A stretch of DNA of 64,000 bases from an uncultured Candidatus Micrarchaeota archaeon (GTDB lineage: Archaea; Micrarchaeota; Micrarchaeia; Anstonellales; Bilamarchaeaceae). The notes under the pieces were generated by a model, which saw only the letters and a program-made list of their open reading frames with translations, was not told where the DNA came from and ran no database searches. The stretch's first letter is position 1, and every line of letters begins with the position of its first letter. Shown in pieces: positions 27,738-35,712 of this stretch. The position numbers and the translations under genes were made by a program. The DNA is taken from contig CAILMQ010000046.1 in NCBI GenBank assembly GCA_903835385.1, positions 4,861 to 68,860 of the forward strand, in the 5' to 3' direction.

Positions 27738-28169
27738 CTAAACCAGCTCTTCCGCGCCAACCAGCCGCTCGCAGTAATGGCAGCGGAACCTTTCCCCTTC
27801 CTTTGTAAATTCCCTCACGCACTCCTCCCTGTTCGTTATGCAGTTCGGGTTCGGGCACGTTCCCGCGCCCCTGAGCCTTTCAGGAACCGAGACCACGTAT
27901 TTCTTCGCCACTTTCGAGTTCTCTATTATGTTTATGGACGCGCCAGGGGACAGGAGCGCAATCATGCTGGCCGCGTCCTCGGACACGGTTTTCCCCTCTA
28001 TCTTGACTATGTCCTTCTTGCCGAGCCGCTTGCTCGGCACGTTCATCACAAGCGCCGCGCGCTCGGAATAGCCGCCGGCCACGCCGAGCATCACGAACAC
28101 CTTCAGGCCACTGCCGGCTTTTATGTGGTCCACGACAGTCCCATTTTCTATGACGTCAACCTTCAACAT
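27738..28169 (-). CDS. pyrI: Aspartate carbamoyltransferase regulatory subunit
   Basis: N-terminal IENGTVVDHI and C-terminal Zn domain CPNPNCIT...FRCHYC. Adjacent to pyrB. Confidence 0.95.
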   Translation of the reverse strand: MLKVDVIENGTVVDHIKAGSGLKVFVMLGVAGGYSERAALVMNVPSKRLGKKDIVKIEGKTVSEDAASMIALLSPGASINIIENSKVAKKYVVSVPERLRGAGTCPNPNCITNREECVREFTKEGERFRCHYCERLVGAEELV

Positions 28170-28179
28170 TGCAAAAACC

Positions 28180-29070
28180 TCACTTTGAAAGCGCCCAGTC
28201 CAGTATCGCCTGCCTCACGGGCACGCCGTAGTGCGCCTGCTCGAAATATTTAGCCTGGGGCATGGAGTCTATGGAGCTCTCTATCTCGTTTATCTTGGGA
28301 AGCGGGTGCAGTATGACAAGGCCATGTTTCGCGTTTTTCAGGTCGTCCTTCCGTATCATGAACTTCTCCTTCATGCGCTTGGCCTCCATCGGGTCCGCGA
28401 ACCTCTCCTCCTGTATCCTGCAAACATAAAGCACGTCCGCGTCCCTGGGGTCCAGGGTGTCCCTCACTGCGATTGAGCAGCCGAACTTCGCCTTTATCTC
28501 GTCCACGTCCGCCTTGGGCAGTTCCAGGCCCTTGGGCGAGACCGCGGTGATTTTCGCGTTGAACATTGCAAGGCCGTATGCCAGGGAGCGCATGGCCCGC
28601 GCGTGCTTGAGGTCGCCAACCAGGTGGACGTTCATGCCCTCTATTTTCCCCTTGGTCTTCCGGATTGAAAATAAATCTATGAGCGTCTGCGTCGGGTGCT
28701 GGTTCGCGCCGTCGCCGCCGTTTATCACCGGCCGCTCGCAAACGTCCGCAGCAAGGCGCACAGAGCCTTCCACAGGATGCCGCACCACGAGCACGTCCGC
28801 GTATCCCTCCAGTATGCGGACCGTGTCAGTGAACGACTCGCCCTTTTTCAGGGAGCTGGTCTCGGGCAGGAAATCCACCACGCCCATCTTGTTCCTCTGG
28901 GCCGCGCTCTGGAACGAGAGCTTGGTGCGCGTGGATGGCTCGAAAAAGAGCGTGGCCAGTATTTTGCCGCTATGGTCCGGCTTCTTCTTGCCCGAATGTA
29001 TCTTTTCCGCGCTGTCCAGTATGAGCTCCACTTCCTTTTTCTCCAGGTCACGGATTGAAATCAGGTCCAT
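28180..29070 (-). CDS. pyrB: Aspartate carbamoyltransferase catalytic subunit
   Basis: Motifs FFEPSTRT, HPTQ and HPLP. Confidence 0.95.
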   Translation of the reverse strand: MDLISIRDLEKKEVELILDSAEKIHSGKKKPDHSGKILATLFFEPSTRTKLSFQSAAQRNKMGVVDFLPETSSLKKGESFTDTVRILEGYADVLVVRHPVEGSVRLAADVCERPVINGGDGANQHPTQTLIDLFSIRKTKGKIEGMNVHLVGDLKHARAMRSLAYGLAMFNAKITAVSPKGLELPKADVDEIKAKFGCSIAVRDTLDPRDADVLYVCRIQEERFADPMEAKRMKEKFMIRKDDLKNAKHGLVILHPLPKINEIESSIDSMPQAKYFEQAHYGVPVRQAILDWALSK

Positions 29071-29151
29071 AAATACGCCCCCTCCATACGAGAATCAGGA
29101 TTATATATCGGTCTCAAGGTTTATATTAGTATATACGAAATTAACAGTTTC

Positions 29152-29727
29152 ATGTTACTAGTTATCGAGGGGTTGGATGGTTCTGGAAAGGGCGCACAGA
29201 TAGAACTCCTCAAAAAAGAATTGCCCGACGCCGTGGTCTTCAAATATCCCACGCGCACGTTCCAGATGCTCAACGACTATCTTGAGAAGAAGGTTGAGCT
29301 TGCGCCCAAGTCCCTTTTCCTGCTATTCCTTTCGGACATCGCAAACGAGCAGCGCAGGGTTAAGGCCGCGCTGGAGGAGGGAAAGACCGTAATCCTGGAC
29401 CGCTACGTGTTCTCCACCATAGCATACGAGGTCAATGAATTCCTCTATCCGCAGGCTAAGAAAATCGTGGAGGGAATAGGCTTCCTCAAGCCGGACATGG
29501 TGCTGCTGCTGGACATCACGCCCGAGGTCTCACAGGAGCGCAAGGCGAAGCAGAAGGCCCTTGATCGCTACGAGGAGAACGTGGAATACCTGCGCAGGGT
29601 GCGTGAGAACTTCCTCAGGCTGCATGAGGAGAAATTCCTCTGCGAGGACTGGAGGAAAATAGACGGCACGAAATCCATCGAGGAAGTGCACGGCGAAATA
29701 GTGAAGGCGCTGGGAAAGCAAATATAA
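29152..29727 (+). CDS. tmk: Thymidylate kinase
   Basis: P-loop IEGLDGSGKG and DRY motif (ILDRYVFS). TATA TTTATATT is centred 28 nt upstream. Confidence 0.85.
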   Translation: MLLVIEGLDGSGKGAQIELLKKELPDAVVFKYPTRTFQMLNDYLEKKVELAPKSLFLLFLSDIANEQRRVKAALEEGKTVILDRYVFSTIAYEVNEFLYPQAKKIVEGIGFLKPDMVLLLDITPEVSQERKAKQKALDRYEENVEYLRRVRENFLRLHEEKFLCEDWRKIDGTKSIEEVHGEIVKALGKQI

Positions 29728-29820
29728 AAAACGATTGTCCCAAGAGAGTAACGAATCGTTGTGTGTGGCCGTAGAAGAACACCACACTGCCTGCGAGGCG
29801 CAAATCAAACCTGAGACCTC

Positions 29821-29887
29821 GCACCCCTAGTACACAGGAGGAAAACAACGAAAAACCGTATAATGAGAATACGTAAGTCAAACACAG
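29821..29887 (-). repeat. Dispersed element, copy 4 (abuts the 5' end of tRNA-Glu)
   Basis: GCACCCCTAGTACACAGGAGGAAAACAACGAAAAACCGTATAATGAGAATACG... aligns with copy 1 (GCACCCGTAGAAAACAGAAAGAAAACAGCGGATCACCGGCTAATGAGAAGAC...). Confidence 0.55.
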
Positions 29888-29889
29888 TT

Positions 29890-29964
29890 GCTCCGTTCGT
29901 CTAGACCGGTCAAGGATAGTGGACTTTCACTCCATCGACCAGGGTTCAAATCCCTGACGGAGCA
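29890..29964 (+). tRNA. tRNA-Glu (anticodon UUC at 29926-29928)
   Basis: Manual cloverleaf. Acceptor GCTCCGT/ACGGAGC, D-loop AGACCGGTCAA, anticodon loop CTTTCAC, T-arm CAGGG-TTCAAAT-CCCTG, discriminator A. No CCA is encoded. Confidence 0.9.
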
Positions 29965-29987
29965 TTTTACTTTTTCCAGGTGGAAGG

Positions 29988-30467
29988 ATGAGATTCATAA
30001 GGCCCGGTTGGGGCAAAATCGCGAAAATGTGCGAGGCGCTCGCGAAAAAAGTCAGGGGTTACAAGCCGGACGTGCTAATCGGGATATCGCGCGGAGGGCT
30101 GGTCCCAGTTCGCCTGCTCTCCGACATCCTGGACAACGGCAATGTGGCAATCATGAGAATCGAGTTCTATAAGGGGATTGGCAAGACCAGCAAATCCCCG
30201 AAAATAACCCAGCCCCTCACCGTGAGCCTGAAGGGAAAACGGGTGCTCATCGTGGATGACGTGGCAGACACGGGCAACTCGCTCATGGCGGCTGCGGATT
30301 ATGTCAGGAAGCTGGGGGCGAAACAAAGCAAAATAGCAACATTGCACTTCAAGCCCACTTCGGCGTTCAGGCCGGATTTTTTCCTGGAAAGCACGGATGC
30401 CTGGATAATCTATCCGTGGGAACTGCACGAGGCGGAAAGGGAATTGAGGAAAAAACGGACTGCTTAG
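29988..30467 (+). CDS. Purine (hypoxanthine/guanine-type) phosphoribosyltransferase
   Basis: PRPP-binding motif VLIVDDVADTGNS. Archaeal Hpt-like length of 159 aa. Confidence 0.75.
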   Translation: MRFIRPGWGKIAKMCEALAKKVRGYKPDVLIGISRGGLVPVRLLSDILDNGNVAIMRIEFYKGIGKTSKSPKITQPLTVSLKGKRVLIVDDVADTGNSLMAAADYVRKLGAKQSKIATLHFKPTSAFRPDFFLESTDAWIIYPWELHEAERELRKKRTA

Positions 30468-31195
30468 CGCAACGGCGCGAGCCTCTCGGACGTTTTAGCG
30501 GTTTCTTTGTTTGGAAGCCGCATTGGAGGCTGCGTGGAGAACCTCAGGCTTTTTCCGATAAGCGGTTCAGGGTCCAGGTAGCCTGCTGCCAGAAGGCCTT
30601 TCCTGCCCCTTATGCCCCTGGCGGCCGGAGGCATTATGGAAGCGACACCGCTCTTCACGTCAGGATTCAGGGATTTCAGGAATGCCGGGCTGATTGTTTT
30701 GGCCTCGTATATCTCCATGAAATCACGGGCTGACCAGAGGTTTCCGCCAATCTGGAAGCGGGTGCTTGCGGTCACATGCAGGTGTGGGTAGGCTACGGCC
30801 GGAGAATTCCCGGTGTATGCCACGACCCTGCTCACGCCTGGCTCTGAAAGAAGCTCTGTGCCGAGGTGCTTCTCGTTGAGGACCTTGAATGTCCTCCGGT
30901 CAAGATGCAGCAGTGCGAGGAAATAGGGCTGCTGCTTGTCCGGCACGAAGAACAGCAGCGCGTTCCCCATGGATTCGCCGGGCTTTGAACCATGCCGCGT
31001 GACTCCGATGAGAACCATTCTTTCCGCAGGCATTTGCAGCGGCGTGCCGATTGGGACGAAAAGGTCCATTCCGTTGTGGGCGCTGGGGCGGTTCGCACCG
31101 GTGGCTCCGAAAAACCTGGTTCCCAGGTGCACGGCCTGAATGGCATCCTCGAAAGGGTCCTGCTTCACGGGCACGATGTCTTTTACGCCTGCCAT
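30464..31195 (-). CDS. Peptidase M23 (LytM/lysostaphin-type) family protein, no signal peptide
   Basis: HNGMD (HxxxD) followed by PIGTPLQMPAERMVL, then GN-x-LLFF...LLHL and YPHLHV (HxH), in the canonical order. Confidence 0.7.
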   Translation of the reverse strand: MAGVKDIVPVKQDPFEDAIQAVHLGTRFFGATGANRPSAHNGMDLFVPIGTPLQMPAERMVLIGVTRHGSKPGESMGNALLFFVPDKQQPYFLALLHLDRRTFKVLNEKHLGTELLSEPGVSRVVAYTGNSPAVAYPHLHVTASTRFQIGGNLWSARDFMEIYEAKTISPAFLKSLNPDVKSGVASIMPPAARGIRGRKGLLAAGYLDPEPLIGKSLRFSTQPPMRLPNKETAKTSERLAPLR

Positions 31196-31231
31196 GGGCT
31201 GGACATACTTAAAAGAAATTAAAAACCAGAC

Positions 31232-33127
31232 TCACCTGAGCCGCACGGCTTCCAGGTTCGCCATTGCGCGCGACTCCTTGCGCAGCATCATGCCCGCCGA
31301 GCGCGCGAAATCCTCGGTCTTGCCCCAGTCGCCGTGCATCGTGATTATGCGCTCGGGCGTGGGCCGCAGGTTCTTCAGGTATGCCATGAGCTGCGCCCTG
31401 TCGCTGTGGCCCGAGAACCCTTCCGCGGTCGCGATTTGCATCTTGACCTCGAGCATCTTGGTCTTGCCGTCGTCGCCGATGGTGGGTATCTCCTTCTGGC
31501 CGGACTGTATCTTCGCACCCAGGGACAGCGCGCTCTGGTAGCCGACGAACACCAGCGTGTTCTTCTCATCGCCGCACATCATCTTTAGGTAATCCAGCGA
31601 CGGGCCTCCTGCGAGCATTCCGGAGGGGGCGACTATGATGCACGGCTCCCCGTTCGCTATGGCTTCCCGGTCCGCGGCCTTCGCCACCTTTATCATGGGC
31701 GATTCGAACGGGCTCCTGTCCGAGAGTATGCGCCTCTGCAGCTGCTCCCTCAGGTACTCCGGATAGGCGGTGTGTATCGCCGATGCCTCCAGCACCATGC
31801 CGTCTATGTAGACCGGGATGTTGAGGTCCGGGTTGCGCCTGTAGAATTCCTCCAGCACGAGCAGTATCTCCTGGCTTCTTCCGACCGCGAACACCGGGAT
31901 GAGCACCTTGCCCCTCCGGTTAACGGTGGCGGTTATGAGGTCCCACAGGTTTTTCTCGCTGTCGAAGCGGGCTATGGAGTGGTCGTTCTTGCCCCCGTAG
32001 GTGGACTCTATGAGCAGCGTCTCGAGCCGCGGGAAGCGGGTGTTCGCGGGGTCGAAAAGCCGCGTGAAGCCGAACTTCATGTCCGCGGAGTAGACCAGGT
32101 TGTGCGCGCCCTCGCCCACGTGGAGGTGGACCGAGGCCGAGCCGAGTATGTGGCCGGCGTTGTAGAGCGTCATCTTTATCTCCGGAGTGATGTCCACCAC
32201 TTCGCCGTAGTCCACGGTTATGATGTGGCGCAGCTCGTTGTAGATGTCCTTCTTGGAGTATATGGGCTCGACGTTGAACGCCTTCTTGGCCAGGTTGATG
32301 TAGTCCTGCTGCAGCAGCACCATCAGGTCCCTGGTCGGCGGGGTGCAGTACACCGGGCCGTCGTAGCCGTAGGCGAACAAATAGGGCAGGAAGCCCATGT
32401 GGTCCATATGGCCGTGGGATATCACCACCGCGTCTATCTCGCTTATGGAGAATCCGGTCATGTTGAGGTATGGGTACGCCTTGGTCGGGTCGCCGGTGGC
32501 GGTGTTCACCCCCACGTCTATGAGCACCTTGGAGTTGGGCGACTGCACCAGCAGGCACGACCTGCCGACTTCGCGGAAGCCCCCCAGCGCCACCACCCGT
32601 ATCCAGTCGGAGGTGGCAACGGGCTGGCATATCTTCTTGCCGATATTAACCAGGAACTTCTTCCTCTCGGCGGCCTCGGCCACCACTATCTTGCGCACTC
32701 CCTCCAGCGTCACGGAAGGCATGGTGGGCGCCCTTATGGCTATTGGGGCCCATCCCGTCCTGAGCATGATTTCCTTTAGCACGGAACCGCCCTTGCCTAT
32801 GACAAGGCCGGGCTTGAGGGCCTCTATGTGCACCTCGCACATTTCGGGCACGAACCGCAGCGAACGGATGGATGCCTCTGCCGGGATTGTCTGCTCTATG
32901 AACTTCTTGGCGTCCTCCACGTTCATGAGCGCGGACGGGTCCACCCGTATGGTGACTTTCTTCTTGAGCGCGCCCGCCAGCTGCCTGATGAGCTGGTCGT
33001 TCTGGTAGAATGCCCCGATGTTCTTTATGTAGATGACCGTGGACAGCCCTTCCGGCTCGCTCCGCGTCACCTCGCATTCCTTGGGCATGGTCTCATTGAT
33101 TATTTTCTCTATGTCTTTGTAGTGCAA
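31232..33127 (-). CDS. aCPSF1 / FttA-type KH, metallo-beta-lactamase, beta-CASP ribonuclease
   Basis: Two N-terminal KH-like domains (VIGKGGSVLKEI), VISHGHMDHMG, and a beta-CASP region. TTG start with a GGGGGTG SD. Confidence 0.9.
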   Translation of the reverse strand: MHYKDIEKIINETMPKECEVTRSEPEGLSTVIYIKNIGAFYQNDQLIRQLAGALKKKVTIRVDPSALMNVEDAKKFIEQTIPAEASIRSLRFVPEMCEVHIEALKPGLVIGKGGSVLKEIMLRTGWAPIAIRAPTMPSVTLEGVRKIVVAEAAERKKFLVNIGKKICQPVATSDWIRVVALGGFREVGRSCLLVQSPNSKVLIDVGVNTATGDPTKAYPYLNMTGFSISEIDAVVISHGHMDHMGFLPYLFAYGYDGPVYCTPPTRDLMVLLQQDYINLAKKAFNVEPIYSKKDIYNELRHIITVDYGEVVDITPEIKMTLYNAGHILGSASVHLHVGEGAHNLVYSADMKFGFTRLFDPANTRFPRLETLLIESTYGGKNDHSIARFDSEKNLWDLITATVNRRGKVLIPVFAVGRSQEILLVLEEFYRRNPDLNIPVYIDGMVLEASAIHTAYPEYLREQLQRRILSDRSPFESPMIKVAKAADREAIANGEPCIIVAPSGMLAGGPSLDYLKMMCGDEKNTLVFVGYQSALSLGAKIQSGQKEIPTIGDDGKTKMLEVKMQIATAEGFSGHSDRAQLMAYLKNLRPTPERIITMHGDWGKTEDFARSAGMMLRKESRAMANLEAVRLR

Positions 33128-33244
33128 TGCAACACCCCCTGTTGTTAATGGTTTTTTCGGTTCCGGGATTTTGCCCGGGTTTTTAGAATAAAAAGGACGT
33201 ATGGAAAGGAAAAAGAACCTATAAATCGCGACCCTGCATACCCC

Positions 33245-33901
33245 TCAGAGCAGTTTCTTCACATCTTCGCGGTCCATTCTCTTGAACCCCTGCCTGGTGA
33301 TAGAGGTAAGGTCGATGTTCTCGCCGGAGCCTGCGTCGCGCCTCATGGCCGCGCGCACGGCCTTGGCAGCTATTGGCAGGTTGGCCTCCACGGGCTTGTC
33401 CTCCTGGAATAATTCCTCAAGCACACCATACGCTATGGGAGAGCCGCTGCCGGTGGATGTCATCTTCTCCTCTGTGACGCCGCCCAGCATGTCCACGCTG
33501 AACAGCCTCGGCTTCTCGTCAATGCCGCCAAGGAGCAGCTGGACGTAGAATGGGAAGTACTTGTACTGCGCGAGTATGTTGGCCAGCAGCGTCGCCGCGG
33601 CCTCCACGCTTATCTTCTTCTCCTGCTTGAGCTCGTAGAGCTTGGCCTCGGCCTTCATCCAGCGCACCAGCATCTGGGCATCGCCCACGCCGCCCGCAAT
33701 CGTCATGGCTATATGGTCGTTTATCGCGTATATCTTGTCTATGTCCTTGGAAGCGATGAAATACCCCATCGTCGCGCGGCGGTCCGACGCCATCACTATG
33801 CCATCCTTACAGACAAGGCCGACGGTGGTCGTGCCGGTCTTCTTCACGGTTTCCCTATTGGATTCGCTGTCCATAAAACTTACCTCGGGAGAATACGTCA
33901 C
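33245..33901 (-). CDS. psmB: Proteasome beta subunit
   Basis: Propeptide followed by the TTTVGLVCKDGIVMASDRR active-site Thr. TATA (33923-33930) is centred 25-26 nt upstream. Confidence 0.95.
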   Translation of the reverse strand: MTYSPEVSFMDSESNRETVKKTGTTTVGLVCKDGIVMASDRRATMGYFIASKDIDKIYAINDHIAMTIAGGVGDAQMLVRWMKAEAKLYELKQEKKISVEAAATLLANILAQYKYFPFYVQLLLGGIDEKPRLFSVDMLGGVTEEKMTSTGSGSPIAYGVLEELFQEDKPVEANLPIAAKAVRAAMRRDAGSGENIDLTSITRQGFKRMDREDVKKLL

Positions 33902-34023
33902 AGGTTATACTATGGCGTAATGTTTATATACGTTTTGAAGCCGGCGGCGCTGTTTCGTGACTGTCCGGAAACCAGGGTGCCTCCCGTAATCGCTCCGGCC
34001 GTCGGTCCTGCAATCAGGCGCGC

Positions 34024-35673
34024 TTATTCGGTTTTGAATGCCAGGTCGGCCTTGGCATGCAGCTGGAAGCAGCCCTCTTCGGCTTCGATTTCCATCCCTG
34101 GCAGGCTTTCCAGCCGCGGCTTTATGAGCAGGAATTCCGAAACCGTTGAATACAGCGCACCCAGCGCGTTCTTGAGCGCGGCGATTTTCATCTTCGCCCT
34201 GTCCTCGGGCGCCGGCGTTTCTTCGCCGGCTTTCTCGTAGCTGAATCCGGCAGTGACTTCCGCCTCGATGCCATGAATCTCGCCTGTGGCCTTCACGGCT
34301 ATCTGCTCCAGCCCCGGCCCCTTGGTTATGGCCGCGGACACGAATTCAAATGTCTTCTCGAGCGCCGCCTTGAACGCGGATGCCCTGCACTCGGCTTCGG
34401 CGGCCATCATCTTTGTGAATGATTTCCTTGCAGCTTTGCTTTCACGCTTTGCCGCCCTCATCAGGCGCCTGTCCGTCTCGATAACCGTAGTATATGTGGC
34501 CACCGCTTCCTGGAGCTGCATGGACGGAGCCTTGAGCATGCCCGCGGCCCTGAAGAAATAATCCCTGGTCTCGCGCCTATTGGACCATGCCTCGAGGATA
34601 TGCTGGATTTTCGGTTCGCCCTGCCTTGCCAGGATTCTCAGCATCTCGTTCTCCTGGCCGCTATCTTCCACAGCCTGCATCACCAGCGCGTTTCCCTTTT
34701 CAGAGCCCACCAGGCAACGGATTGCCATTGCCCTGGTTCCAGGGTAGTGCAGCGCCCTTTCAAGGCTTGCGTCGCCGCCTTTTTCCAGCAGCCTTGAGAC
34801 AAGCGCCAACTCGTCAGCCAGAGTGACCGCCGAGCTGACCGCCGCGCACTCGAGCACGTCAAGGGCCATTTTCGGGTCTTCCACCAGCTTCGTGAACAGG
34901 AGCATGACTGCGGGACCGCCCGCATCTGAGACGGATTTGAGCATCGCCGCCCTCTCGCCGTTTTCTGCGGCTGAAATCGCGCCCAGCATGATTGCCCTGC
35001 CTTTCTCCTGCCCGATAATCGCGGGCACGAGGCGTTCCTTGTGGCAGCATTGTTCCATGACGCCCGCATAATCATTCTTCATGGCGACATCCAGCGCCCA
35101 AACCTGCAGCTGGTCGTCCCTAACGGAATGGGAAAGCATTTCCATGCGCGCCTCCGTGTCCGTGTCCCCGAGCAGCGCAAATGCCGCCCTGGCGCATGAG
35201 AGCCGCAGCCCGGGGTGATTATGGTATACGTTGCATTCGGTCTCGTCTTCAATAATCACGGATATTTGTGCGGACATTTTTTGGATTGCCGCATCAATGT
35301 CGGGGTTCCTGGCCTCGAGCGCGCAGCTTATGGCGAGCGTCCTCAGGGCATCCGCGAGGTTCGCGCCTGCGGCTGCACGGTTCTCGTCAATGCACATTTC
35401 CATGGTCTGCTCGTTGAATTCCCTTGCCATCTGGGCGAGCGCCCTGGCCTTGTCCTTGAGGTCCATGGATGGGGACATGTAAAGGCCGGTGAGCTTTTCA
35501 GCCGCGCCCTCCTCGCCCCTGCAGACCCCCTTGATGGCCTCGCTGATTTCCCTGCGCTGTTCTCCGCCGAACAGATTGCCGAATATCGGCCTACGTGCCG
35601 GGGTGCGGGCGCACTGGGAAACCGGACCGCTTGCTTTAGCCATAGCCTGGTCTGCTGTGGTAGTATCGGACAT
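34024..35673 (-). CDS. Orphan alpha-helical (possibly ARM/HEAT-like) protein, 549 aa
   Basis: ORF track. Ala/Leu/Glu-rich helical composition with no catalytic motif. The antisense ORFs are short. Confidence 0.6.
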   Translation of the reverse strand: MSDTTTADQAMAKASGPVSQCARTPARRPIFGNLFGGEQRREISEAIKGVCRGEEGAAEKLTGLYMSPSMDLKDKARALAQMAREFNEQTMEMCIDENRAAAGANLADALRTLAISCALEARNPDIDAAIQKMSAQISVIIEDETECNVYHNHPGLRLSCARAAFALLGDTDTEARMEMLSHSVRDDQLQVWALDVAMKNDYAGVMEQCCHKERLVPAIIGQEKGRAIMLGAISAAENGERAAMLKSVSDAGGPAVMLLFTKLVEDPKMALDVLECAAVSSAVTLADELALVSRLLEKGGDASLERALHYPGTRAMAIRCLVGSEKGNALVMQAVEDSGQENEMLRILARQGEPKIQHILEAWSNRRETRDYFFRAAGMLKAPSMQLQEAVATYTTVIETDRRLMRAAKRESKAARKSFTKMMAAEAECRASAFKAALEKTFEFVSAAITKGPGLEQIAVKATGEIHGIEAEVTAGFSYEKAGEETPAPEDRAKMKIAALKNALGALYSTVSEFLLIKPRLESLPGMEIEAEEGCFQLHAKADLAFKTE

Positions 35674-35712
35674 ATGATGTATTATGCAGCTGAAGTTTAT
35701 AAATGTTGTGTT

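Noticed and set aside
29728-29964. tRNA-Glu, and tRNA-Trp at 39204, as integration sites of a mobile element or provirus carrying the orphan genes
   Set aside because: No integrase, no direct repeat of a tRNA 3' end, and no compositional break was seen. Flanking genes are housekeeping.
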